Shown: one piece after another, positions 36,066-50,985 of the stretch
Numbering within the stretch: the stretch's first letter is position 1
Layout: each line of letters starts with the position of its first letter
NCBI RefSeq assembly: GCF_009914755.1
Contig: NC_060928.1
DNA from: the human T2T-CHM13v2.0 reference genome, Homo sapiens
Direction: 5' to 3' (one strand)
DNA: 64,000 nt
Translations under genes and position numbers: made by a program
The notes under the pieces: model-generated
Told to the model about the DNA's origin: nothing
Databases searched by the model: none
What the model saw: the letters and a program-made list of their open reading frames with translations, nothing else

Positions 36066-36638
36066 CTACATTTGTTTACACACCTTGAAATTATGGACAG
36101 AGATTTGTACCTACCATACTCAGAATTTATTTGAAAAAAAATGTTCTCTGCATAAACAACAAACAATTATTAAACTTTGTCAATATTACCAAATAAAACC
36201 TAAAATGTTTCTAAAGTTCATTAATTGGATTTAAACTATGTGCCTTTATAGACATCATCTCGTTTATTTCTTATGATTCATAGGTGCTGGTATCCCCTTT
36301 TACAGGTAAGGAAACGAAGACTTAGAAAAGTGAAATAATTTGCCCATGGACACAATGATGGTAATTAGCAGAACCAGAATTCCAACTCAGGAATGTCTGA
36401 CTCCCAAGTCTATATTCTTGATCACTAAATTAAGCTCTATGCTGTTCTTTCCTCTGGCTTTCTAGATCCCTCCAGGAACATTCCTTTCTGCTTCCTTGGC
36501 TGCTCACATTTACAAGGCAATCACACATTTATGAACTGGAGCCCTGGGTACAAAGAAGCACAATTTTTTTTTATCCTTCCTGCTCCTAATTCCCAAAGGG
36601 CCCAACAATTAAGTGGATTATTGTGGTCATAATCTTAG

Positions 36639-36955
<317 letters not shown>

Positions 36956-37689
36956 TGGATTTAACAAGTCTTAGCTCAGTTCTTATTTATCTTTCAGTCA
37001 CCACACCTTGTGAGTTAATCATTGGACAATAATCAGCTTGGACAATAAGTTAACCACTCTGAACCTAGGTTTCTTTGTCTACGAAATAAATGCAATCTCT
37101 AAGGTCCTCCTCCAGCTTAAATTTTCCATGATTCTGAAGAATCAGGATCAAGTTTATTGGTTTATGGGAAGTTGAACTGCAGTTCTCCAAATACTAACTC
37201 TTCTCTGATCTCCATCTCTCTCGTAGATTTAAATCCCCCACATTCTGGGATGAGGGATAGGTGTAGCGCTTCACAAAGGGATGGGAAAATAAAATATAAT
37301 AATATCTCACCTTGTCGGCATGAGGAGGAACATGAAGACTAAAAAGATGAAATTGTCTTCCTTAAGGCTCTACGAAACAGCATATAAAAATGTAAAAATT
37401 GGTATAAAAAGGTTTTTCACTTTGGCTAAAATGGAAGCCATCCTGACAGCAGTGCCTCTTAGAATTGCCTTGTGTCATGTAAACCTGCTTACTACTATCG
37501 TTTCTTTAACGTCTTTTCTGGTATTTGGCCATCCTTCTATTCATATTGTTTTATGTCCATTTCCTTGAGTGCAAATTCTTTTATTTATTTAGTTTGTTAT
37601 TTTCCTTGCATGATACCGACCTTACTCAGATATTTTATCATTCTTAGGGCGAGTGCATGACTCAGACCTGTACAGTCATTTCATACACC

Positions 37690-38058
37690 TGGATAGTGTT
37701 TATGTAAGGGATATATGACTCAACAGGACAAAAGAACTCCCAACAGAACCTTAGGACGCTGGCAGAAACTACCAGGAAAGAAAAGCTCTCTTGCTACTGA
37801 AGTTGCTGAGCTATGAAGAATGTATGCTGTGAGCTAATAGGAAGCATTTTGCCACTCCGTAGGAAGAGCTTGCCTGAGACTGTAGAGACAAGAGAAACAG
37901 GTTTCCTGACTATATTGTTTCAGTACCTGGATCCCACAGTCGGGGGAGAGTCCCCCTCGGGACTCTGAATAACACAGCCAATAAATTCCCTTTTTGTTTC
38001 AGCACAAGCCATTTTAAATCATAATTTTTTGTCACTAGCAACCGAAATTAATCAAACG
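37690..38058 (+). mobile_element. MLT1-type MaLR LTR, degraded
   Basis: End motif CCAATAAATTCCCTTT...AAGCCA...GTCACTAGCAACC. Confidence 0.55.
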
Positions 38059-38129
38059 AAAATCTGTGAACCTGTAGAGAAAGTCCATAGTTCTCTAACT
38101 TCACATCAGTAGATGCCCAAGGGGCCTTT

Positions 38130-38590
<461 letters not shown>

Positions 38591-39154
38591 TAATGTTAAG
38601 GCTTAATGTAAAAACAGTGGCATAAATCCTGCAGGTAAGTAGGAAAACTTCAGAATTATCCATCTGCTGTCGATTTATCACTAGAGATTAGATTTTATCC
38701 TGAACGCATATTTTGGGAATATCTAAATATCTGTAATATGGTCTCTCCAGAATTTTCTTACATGATGTGGAAATCAAGAGCTACCTGCCTGAAGTTGATA
38801 GATTTAAAAATGATGATTAAGTATAATATTTGAATTTATGACAGGTAGCCAATGGGAAAACAATAAAAGATAACAAAAATTAGGAGAAAAAAGGGGTAGT
38901 GTAAATGATATGGATTTCTCAGCTTCAACATTCAGGAGTGAAATAAGTACTGCTTAAAGTTGAAAAAATAAGAAATGGAAGTATAAGCATTTAATTTGGA
39001 GTTATGAAAATAATCACCCAAAGAAATCAAGATAGAAATGACATGAATGCTGATGTCCACAGAGTGGGACCAGGTTGAGTGAGGGAGATTGCTTGCTTTC
39101 ATTTATGCCTCTTTTTTTCTACTTAGATGTTTCATTTTTGTGTGCACACATTAT

Positions 39155-39457
39155 ATTTTTATTTTATTTTAATTTTTGAGACAGTCTCCCTTTATCGCCC
39201 AGGCTGGAGTGCAGTGGTGCGATCACAACTCACTGCAACCTTGACCTCGTGGGCTCAAGTGATCCTCCCACCTTAGCCTCTTGAGTAGCTGGAACTAGAG
39301 GTATGTACCAACACACCCAACTATGTTTTGTATTTTTTGTAGAGACAGGGTCTTGCCATGTAGACTAGGCTGGCCTTGAACCCCTGGGCTCAAGTAATCT
39401 GCCCACCTTGGCCTCCCAAAGTGTTAGGATTACAGGTGTGAGCCACCACGCCCAGCC
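39155..39457 (-). mobile_element. AluJ
   Basis: Revcomp Alu with GGGCTCAAGTGATCCTCCC. Confidence 0.88.
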
Positions 39458-40817
39458 TGTAATTTTAAATTGGCCAAAAAGACTATGTTCATCTAGGCAG
39501 CCTGCTCTTCTGCCCTCTAAAATATCCATTGCGAGCATTCTCTGCACCATCAGATGGCCTCCATGTCAACGTCTCAGCTCCAAACTTACAAACGTCTTCT
39601 TTTAAAACAGAGGAAGTGTCTGCCCACCTAAGGTTAATCTCTCCACCTGTGTGTGGATCCCAGCCACACCTATGTCTGCAGAAATTGCTAATTACCCTCT
39701 TTCTCTTCAGATCCTCAAACTCTCTTTTTCTGTGAGTTGCCTTCAAGCAGTGGGCAACATGCTCAGGCTACTCCCATCTGAAATTGAAGCCACATTGACC
39801 CCATGACCCTGTCCAGCTTCCTCTATCTTCTCCCCTTTACAGCCAAATATCTCCATTTCCGACTCCTGAACTCACTCTGATATGGAGTCTTCCTTCATCA
39901 CTGCAGTAAAAACGGCTTTTGCCAAGCTCACAGGTGGCTCCAGTCCGTAATCAGACTGTTACTACCTATCTTCATTCTACTTGATTTCTCAAAGCTTCTA
40001 ACAGAGGGGATCACTCTTAAAACATTCTCTTACTTTTTCAGAACATCCCACCTTATCACTGTAATTTGGCAGATTTGTGTCCTCACACATCATTAGCATA
40101 AAATATTTCCCCTCACCATGAAGTATTTCTCACATCAAGTCATAACCTTGGCCATAACTGGAGTATTTGCTCCTCACAAGCCTCTCCACATGCAGACCTT
40201 CCTGCCAAAGGCTTTCTTCCTTCCACAGTCACATCCAGGAACAGGGGCAATCCCTTCATGTTGCTCCATGGGAAAGCCATCTGCAGAAAAGCCAGCTTGC
40301 CGCTGGAATTTTTATTGGATGTCTTCAGAGAGATATGCTACAGAACCAGTTTCAGTGAATGGGCTTCCACTTACAGCAGAAAATTTAATCCTGTGAACTC
40401 AGTCACTTGTTTGAAACTCAATTTGGGATGATAGTGGATCTTTCTCAATTCATTAGAATTCTCTCCCTTTTCTCCTCTGAGTAGATTTCTAGTGAGGGCA
40501 GTGGTGGGGTGAGGCTTGGTTTATCATCCTAGCATTGTCTTGTGCTTTCTTCCCTGTGGGCTCTGCTGAGAGTATAACTGCTTGATCTACCAGCACAAGC
40601 AATGCACACTGATCATTTCAGGAGAGGTTGAGGGTCCTCTCCTATTGATGCGGCCTGACGGGCACTGGTCTGATGACTTGCTGAAAACTAGCTGCATCTT
40701 CCTTTGCTGACAAGCTGACACCCCTAGACTCATTCACCTTGGACCCTGGTGCTTGGTAGGCACTTCACCATTCAACTCTTTCTTGGGAACCTTTTGGATC
40801 TCCTCTAGGCCCTGTGA

Positions 40818-40900
40818 GATATATGTGCGTAAATGCGTGTGTGTGTGTTATGTATATATACACACACACATATGTATATATATATATACACACACGTGTG
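40818..40900. repeat. Mixed (TG)/(TA)/(CA) microsatellite
   Basis: Alternating purine-pyrimidine run. Confidence 0.8.
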
Positions 40901-41236
40901 TTAGGAGCAGAGGAGGGAGTTGTATAGTTGGTTATCAAAGCTATAAAAGGCCCTTTCTATGTTCATTTCTAAAGGCCAACGCATACAGGCTCAGGGCACT
41001 ATTGGGCTGTCTTCTCTCAGAAACTCGGGCAGAGCCAAGTCCTTCTGCTCTTAGACCCAAAATCTACCTAGCAATTTCTAACAGCCAACACTTCCCACCC
41101 TGCATCTTATTCCCTACTCCCACAGACTTTCCTAGTTATCACCTAAATTCTCCTCTCACCTTTTCTCTCAGAACGTCTCCCCCAGCTTAGAGAGGAATTT
41201 GTCTCTGTAGGTGGGAGGGTCTTTAAAAAAAAATGA

Positions 41237-41410
41237 GGCCGGGCACAGCGACTCATGCCTATAATCCCAGCACTTTGAGAGGCCGAGGCAGAAGGATTGC
41301 TTGATATTAGGAGTTCAAAACCAGCCTGGACAACAGTGAAACCTTGTTTCTACAAAAAAATAAAAAATTAGCCTGTCGTCGTGGTGCCCGCCTGCAGTCC
41401 CAGCTACTTG
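41237..41410 (+). mobile_element. 3'-truncated Alu
   Basis: Left arm plus start of right arm, ends abruptly at CCCAGCTACTTG. Confidence 0.85.
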
Positions 41411-41427
41411 TGGTTCATAGTCTTTGA

Positions 41428-41953
<526 letters not shown>

Positions 41954-42839
41954 GTGAGAACATTCTTGATTTAAAATGCACATATATAATCTAGGTATGC
42001 GATCATAGCTTCTTTTACTTGCTATGGTCCCGTTGCCAAAGAATTCATGAAAGGAGAAATCGTAATTTCTCCCTTTTACATAGCCAGATTTCTGCAATCC
42101 GTCCACCCCCTCTAGATTTTCAGCAATTATCTGTGAAAAGGAGGAAAGAACAGCAAACTAGAAGCAAAATCACAAAGCTTCAAAATTTCTTTGTGCCTCC
42201 GTTTTTATGTAGTTTCTTTTGGTATGGCAGGAAAATGGGCAATATTGTTTTCATACAATAGCTATATTTTGTTCCAGCATGCACATAAATTACAGTTAAC
42301 CTTATCTGATCTTACCTAAAGTGACCTTTTTTTGCTTATTCTGACTCATGCATTTTTACATCAAAGTCTACATTTATTGAAAGAAAAATTTCATAATTTA
42401 TATCATTTAACGTATTTATCTTACAGTGCATGTATACCTGGAATGGGAAACGTAACAATAAGCCAGCCAGCAGTTAGAGTACGTAACTGTGGGAAATGTA
42501 AAGTGGAAAAAAATATATAGAAGGAAAAAACAGCTCTAACAGGGAGAGAGGTTTGGGGCCCTATAGATAAATAGGTACATTTCCACTCCACCTCCGGACA
42601 TCTGCCGGTTGGTGGTAAAGTTGTTGATTTTAGGAAATTCTAGAGACAGAGCGTTGTCGGGGTGTTGTTTTCCTACTGACCAGAACAGGAAGGCAATGCC
42701 TGGATTAACTAGAGACCTAATAAACTGCGGGAACAAGCCCTACCGCTGCGGGGCCAGGGCCAGCTTCGAAGGCTGCAAGCCTCACGGCAACACGGAGCCA
42801 GGTCCTCGTGTGACCTTACTGTCTACTGCTGCTATGTAA

Positions 42840-44110
42840 GGGGACTGGCACTCCCGCCCTCCTGAAGGCGCGGAGACCCCGACGGCCTCGGAACGCTTCG
42901 CTCGGGCACACTGAAAGCAGCGCGAGACGCAGCTCCCAACACTCTAACATGGAGGCCGGCTTTTGTTTGTTTTGGCCCCGCTCACACACAGGCGTCTCAG
43001 GGCGGAGACCATAGGCCCCGCGGCTGCGGGCGGCTCAAGGTCCCCCGGGACGCCCCCCTAGCGGACTTTGGCCGCCGCGCCCGGCTGCCTCCCTTGCCCG
43101 GGCCCTGCCCCTCTCGCCTCTGCTCCCGGCGCCGCAGCTGACCCGGCGGGGGAGGAGGACGGCAGGAGCGCGCGGCGTCACAAAGCGAGGACAGAACGCC
43201 CGGGGTTCCGCCGAGACTCGGTCGTCCCAGGCCAGCTCGACTTGCAGTCCGCCCTCGTGGGGCGGGAGACGCCCGACGCCCGCCCACCTCACCCCCGGGG
43301 TGCCCTCCGTGGCCTCACGGGGACGCAGCGTCGCAGCGGCCCCGGCGCCGCAAAGCGTCTTGGGAGCGCCGGCTCGCGCCGGAAGAACGCGAGGGCGCGC
43401 GGCGGCGGCGAGGTTATAAAAGGGAAGAAGCCGGCGGTGGGCGGAAGTGGGCGGTTCGGCGGCTCTGGGCGCTGTTGTTTGGTCTTTAGGCCTGCGGAGG
43501 GGCGTTATCTGGAGGGCCGCGGGTGCAGGCCGCAGTGACAGGGCCGCTCGCCCCGCTAGTCCTGCCTGTCTCCCGGTGCAGCTGTGTTCGCGGCCTGCAG
43601 GCCCAACATGGCGCAGGAGGTGTCGGAGTACCTGAGCCAGAACCCGCGGGTGGCAGCCTGGGTGGAGGCGCTGCGCTGCGACGGCGAGACTGACAAACAC
43701 TGGCGCCACCGCCGGGATTTTTTGCTTCGCAACGCCGGGGACCTGGCCCCCGCTGGCGGCGCTGCCTCCGCTAGCACGGATGAAGCTGCCGACGCCGAGA
43801 GCGGGACCCGAAACCGGCAGCTGCAGCAGCTCATCTCCTTTTCCATGGCCTGGGCGAACCACGTCTTCCTCGGGTGCCGGTGAGTGAGGCAGCGTCCCTA
43901 ACCAGCACGCCTCGTTTTGTGTGCCACCTGCAGACCGGGGCCCGGCGCCCTCCGCGGGACCGGCCTCGGCGGGGAGGGGAAGTTGTGAAGCGCGGGAATC
44001 CGCCGGCCCGGCTGCCCTCTAAGGGGGAGAAGGGCGTCCCTGCGAGGAGCCGACATGATTCCCGGACGTCTGTGTGCCCGGTGGTGTGGGCGCAGCTGCT
44101 GGTAGGGTTG
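42840..44110. promoter_or_regulatory. CDKN2AIP: CDKN2AIP CpG island / promoter
   Basis: Very high GC and CpG around exon 1. GC boxes, CCGGAAG at 43379-43385, TATAAAA at 43415-43421, CGGAAGT at 43442-43448. TSS inferred near 43445. Confidence 0.9.
43608..43879 (+). CDS. CDKN2AIP: CDKN2A-interacting protein (CARF), coding exon 1 (XRN2-binding domain)
   Basis: AACATGG Kozak. MAQEVSEYLSQNPRVAAWVEALRCDGETDKHWRHRRDFLLRN...FSMAWANHVFLGCR. Donor CG|GTGAGT at 43880. Confidence 0.97.
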
Positions 44111-44349
44111 CTTGTGTTAGGGAACAACGCTCTTGGGGACGGGTGCGAGATTTAAGATTAGTGAGGAGGTGCCCTGCCTCCCAGACCCTGGGGCACTTGT
44201 TTATGGGGTTCCAGGAAACAGTTCTTGGCGGTTGGTTCACTTTCTTGATTGCAGCCAGGAAATGCAGTCCCTGTGGCCTGTTTTTTGCACAGCACAAGTA
44301 GGACCTTAGAAAAAACACTTTTTAAAAATGACTTTTCCTTCTTTTTCAG

Positions 44350-44480
44350 ATACCCTCAAAAAGTTATGGATAAAATACTTAGTATGGCTGAAGGCATCAA
44401 AGTGACAGATGCTCCAACCTATACAACAAGAGATGAACTGGTTGCCAAGGTGAAGAAAAGAGGGATATCGAGTAGCAATG
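44350..44480 (+). CDS. CDKN2AIP: CDKN2AIP coding exon 2
   Basis: Acceptor TTTTCCTTCTTTTTCAG|A. YPQKVMDKILSMAEGIKVTDAPTYTTRDELVAKVKKRGISSSN. Donor G|GTTAGC. Phases match both neighbours. Confidence 0.96.
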
Positions 44481-44902
44481 GTTAGCAGATCATAGATGTG
44501 AACATACATAGGAGTTTAGAGCATAAGTTTGATATAATTAGGAATTATTGTTACTAATTTTTTTAACAAGCCAGAATTTTTATGTTATTAATAAGTAATA
44601 AAGTTGGAATGTTAAACCTAAAGTATATATCTGTGTCTTTAGGCTTTGAATTTGATAGTTTGCTTTGACTGCTTTAGATTTTGAAGTGTCCACTGTTGTC
44701 TGATGCTGTTATTTTTTTAATATTAGACATTCATGATGTTATTCAACACTGTTTTAAGAAATTAATGACTCCACACTTTTTAAAGAAACGATTAGTCTTG
44801 AAATGTTTTCACTTTGTGCCTTTATTTTAATGTGTATTTGTCTCATCACCCGTTTTGTACGAGGTATTCTTAGTCACATATCTATGTTTTTCTTCTTTTT
44901 AG

Positions 44903-46239
44903 AAGGGGTAGAAGAGCCATCCAAAAAACGAGTTATAGAAGGAAAAAACAGTTCTGCAGTTGAGCAAGATCACGCAAAAACCTCTGCCAAGACAGAACGT
45001 GCATCAGCTCAGCAGGAAAACAGTTCAACGTGTATAGGGTCGGCCATCAAATCAGAGAGTGGGAACTCAGCTCGGAGCTCTGGCATCTCCAGTCAGAATA
45101 GCTCTACAAGTGATGGAGATCGATCTGTTTCCAGCCAAAGCAGCAGCAGCGTTTCCTCTCAGGTAACAACGGCAGGATCTGGGAAAGCTTCTGAAGCAGA
45201 AGCTCCAGATAAACACGGTTCATCATTTGTTTCCTTGCTGAAATCCAGTGTGAATAGTCACATGACCCAATCCACTGATTCTAGACAACAAAGTGGATCA
45301 CCTAAAAAGAGTGCTTTGGAAGGCTCTTCAGCCTCAGCTTCTCAAAGCAGCTCAGAGATCGAGGTGCCCTTGTTGGGCTCCTCAGGAAGCTCAGAGGTAG
45401 AATTGCCACTATTGTCTTCCAAACCTAGTTCAGAGACAGCTTCAAGTGGGTTAACTTCCAAAACTAGTTCAGAGGCAAGTGTTTCATCATCAGTTGCTAA
45501 AAACAGTTCCTCATCAGGCACATCCTTACTGACTCCCAAGAGCAGCTCTTCAACAAATACATCGCTGCTAACTTCCAAGAGCACTTCCCAGGTAGCTGCA
45601 TCACTACTAGCTTCCAAGAGCAGCTCCCAGACCAGTGGATCTCTGGTTTCCAAAAGCACTTCCTTAGCAAGTGTGTCCCAGTTGGCTTCTAAGAGTAGTT
45701 CTCAGACTAGCACCTCACAGTTGCCTTCTAAAAGTACTTCACAGTCAAGTGAGAGTTCTGTCAAATTCTCTTGCAAGTTAACCAATGAAGATGTGAAACA
45801 GAAGCAACCTTTTTTCAATAGACTATATAAAACGGTGGCATGGAAGTTGGTAGCTGTTGGTGGCTTTAGTCCCAATGTGAATCATGGAGAGCTCCTAAAT
45901 GCAGCTATTGAGGCTCTGAAAGCAACACTGGATGTATTTTTTGTCCCACTAAAAGAATTGGCAGATCTGCCTCAAAATAAGAGCTCTCAAGAAAGTATTG
46001 TTTGTGAATTGAGGTGCAAGTCTGTGTATTTGGGCACTGGCTGTGGAAAAAGCAAAGAAAATGCAAAAGCAGTTGCATCAAGAGAAGCATTGAAGTTATT
46101 TCTCAAGAAAAAGGTGGTGGTAAAAATATGTAAAAGGAAATACAGAGGCAGTGAAATAGAAGATCTAGTACTCCTTGATGAAGAATCGAGGCCTGTAAAC
46201 TTACCTCCAGCACTAAAACATCCTCAAGAATTACTATAA
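44903..46239 (+). CDS. CDKN2AIP: CDKN2AIP coding exon 3 (Ser-rich region and C-terminal dsRBM-like domain)
   Basis: Acceptor TTCTTCTTTTTAG|AA. Open to TAA at 46237-46239. VCELRCKSVYLGTGCGKSKENAKAVASREAL. Joined CDS 272+131+1337=1740 nt = 579 aa. Confidence 0.97.
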
Positions 46240-47880
46240 TGTGTCCAAAATATCACTGCATACAATATCTGGTATTTGAAGAGAAAAACTGACTTTTGTA
46301 TAGTATAAAACACAGGCTTTCACAAATTTTGTATTGCTTTTTTTCCAGTTTTGCAGAAAATTTACATTCTAGTTCTCTTCACACAGTAGCAGTTGTAAAT
46401 AATTTATGAATGACAGTACACATTAAAAGGTATGCATTAGCAGCATATTAGTATGCTGTTTTATTTGCTGAAGAAAATACTGTCTTCTATTTTTAATGAT
46501 ACATTAGGTACGATGTGTAGTTCGGTAGAGTCCTAAAATTTTTGTACTACTTTCAATTTGGTGAAAATGTATTAAGTTGTCTACCATGTTTTCTTTTCTA
46601 GCTGAATAAACCACATCAAAGGAAAGGGACCACAGTATTTGAATGTTTGAAAGTCTGTAAAGCTTAAGGTTTTAAAAATGTTGCCCGTAATGTTGAACGT
46701 GTCTGTTAAAAAATAAAAGAAAAAATAGTTGCTTCAAACTATTTTTATGAGAAGTTGTAAGCATTTTTTAGATATAAAGCAGTATAAAGTACTTGTTATT
46801 TTACTCTGAAGTTGTTTAAAATTCACCATGACTTTGACCGCTGAAGATTCTTTAAGCGGGTTAATTTATGTTTTGAGGTGGAATACAATTTACACTTTTT
46901 TCTTAAAAACATGAATGTGGGTTTCTATATTAAGCATATTTTGTGACTACTATTAACAGATTGATTTGTTTAGATATTAAATGCTTTAAGCTATTTTACC
47001 TTTTCAAGAAGTTGTGTTTTTTTTCTCCAAGTCAGAACCAATTCCTGCAAATAGGCTTCCCATGACTTGTCATTATAAATTAGACAACCAGGTAATTGTG
47101 TGATATACATCTTTATTTAATTTTTTTTTTTACAGCAATCCCCTGAGCCAGAATAGATTAAAAGCGATTCCCTTCAATTTTCAAATCTAGAACTGGATGG
47201 TTTTTGTGTTTATGCATCTTTTAGAATACCGGAAAGAACAGAGAGCCGTGTTCAGCTCTTGATAATGAGCCTATTCAATTTAACTACATTCGTTAAAATG
47301 AAGTGGAATTTTGTTTTCGTCTTAGGTGATTCTGCCTGTTTGTCTGTCATTGTATATTCTGTTTACTTTGCTTCAAACTGGCCCCAAGATGTTATTTTTG
47401 TGGTTTCTGGCTTTCTAGATTCTATTTTTAGATACTGCCCATTGAGCAATAATGGTGATAATATAGAGAGAAAAGAAAGACCTTTCATGGGCCAGTTGTG
47501 TTGGAATAGGAAAATCAAACGTAAGCACAATTTAAGTATGTAGCAGTTATTCCTATTTTGTATTCTAGGAATAAAAAGATACTTTAATTTTTTATGCTAG
47601 AATTACATAATTACATAATCAGATGTTTTAATTTTACCATATAACCTTTAAAAATGATTCATTTTTGAGGATATTTAATTGGATACCAAAGCTAAAATCC
47701 ATATACTGTAAGTGGGTTGCCTTTATAGATTGCGGGACACAATAACATGAATGTATTGTGAAAGCACTTTTAGTTACCTCACTTTCCTCAGTCTTGGAAT
47801 GTGTATTTTGTGGGATAATGATTATCAGAAAAGCAAAAAATTACAACGAACAAATAAATTTATATAATATATCCAATTAG
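46240..47880 (+). other. CDKN2AIP: CDKN2AIP 3'UTR with tandem polyadenylation signals
   Basis: Repeat-free AT-rich sequence. AATAAA at 46605, 46712, 47570 and 47853, Pumilio-type TGTAAATA at 46394. The 3' end is inferred. Confidence 0.65.
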
Positions 47881-49287
47881 GTGGTTTGGTAATTTCCTAA
47901 ATTGGCTTGTTTCAAGTTACTATGAAGGTTATTGAGAATGTTTTATAGTGACTTTTGATGTGGAGGAAGTTGTTTAGTGTACATTTATGATAATCCTATT
48001 TAAAAACCTAGAAAAATGCTCTTGGTTAATAACATTTAAAGAATCCTGGTTTAAGAGAAATGCATATTTTAGAATTCTATTATTGAGAGTGAATCTTGGC
48101 TGTCTCTTACTAGACATGTAACCTCTGGGAATTTAACCTTTTAACCTTACTTCGTCTGTGAAATAGGACTAATAGCTGTCTCATAGAGCATGGCAGTTAG
48201 ATGAGATGATACATTCAAAGTGCCCGGCATGGTGCAGATATCCCATGGTTCACTTATATATTCTTATTCCTCTTACAAGGAGCTCTTCTCATTTGGCCTA
48301 CTTTTCAGATGGAGAAACTTACACAGAGTAATTCGGTCAGATAATTCAAGCCCATATCTGATTTCAAAACCCAAGCTCAAGTATGTTGTACTGCTTATTA
48401 TCCTTGTCACTTCTCTATATGCTGAAATTTCTGAAAATCCCTCCCAGAACGTGATTTTTTACCAGATTAAGTGACCGCATCTTTCTAAAGCCTCCTTGAA
48501 ATGAGTCACTTCAGAGGCTCTTCTATTATTAATGCTTCTAATACTTGCATATCTTGAATATCCTCAACTAGTGAATCATCCCATATGGATGCAGTTGAAC
48601 TTTGTAAAAAGACCATACACACACAAAAGAAATCTGCACAAAAAACCCCCCAAAACCAAAAAACCAAACACACCTGCCTAAAATAGTGTATAATCAAGTT
48701 GAGTGAATAAAGTCGGCTACCAAGATGGGATATACTGCTTTTTTCAGATGAGTGAGGGGAGACGATTTCCTGAGACATCAAGATTTTTCTTGATGTTAGA
48801 ATGAGATTTTTTTTTTAATGGTAAAATTAGTTGACTTGTAAGAATGATACTGTCATGAGTTTTTGACCTAAATTCTTGGAGCCTGTCACTGCTGTCATTG
48901 GCTAGGATAATTGTCATAGGGATATGTGTAACTTTAAGGCCTTTGATATGTATTATCAGGAGCCTGCTCCAATTTGAATTATGTTTTCCCTGCCAAGTGC
49001 AGCTTTTCTTGGTACAAATTTCTACTTGCTGTTTAGATTTTTGAGTAACAGCAGTGAGAAAGTAACAAAAACAAGCCGCAATTGGGAATCAGGTCAGTCC
49101 TACAGGTATTGTGTTACTACTTTGTGGACTTTGTCCTCAAAAATTGTGCTGAAGTCCTATATTGACCTACTTTCTAGACATTGGTTATCCATTCCTGCAT
49201 GATTTTTAAATAATATTTTCTGTGATTGATGAATAAACTATTTCACTTTCTACTAGAACAAAATGTTCAAGTTGAATGAAGGGTTAA

Positions 49288-50985
<1,698 letters not shown>

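Noticed and set aside
43584-43607. GTG-initiated 8-aa N-terminal extension of CDKN2AIP
   Set aside because: ATG 43608 has a strong Kozak context, and an in-frame TAG at 43557 limits any extension
42997-43862. 275-aa antisense ORF and other ORFs over the promoter
   Set aside because: By-product of CpG-island composition and the antisense of exon 1
44803-44902. Intronic ATG extending the exon 3 frame (478-aa ORF)
   Set aside because: The first 33 codons are T-rich intron with the polypyrimidine tract. A strong acceptor at 44902 explains the ORF, and there is no promoter evidence
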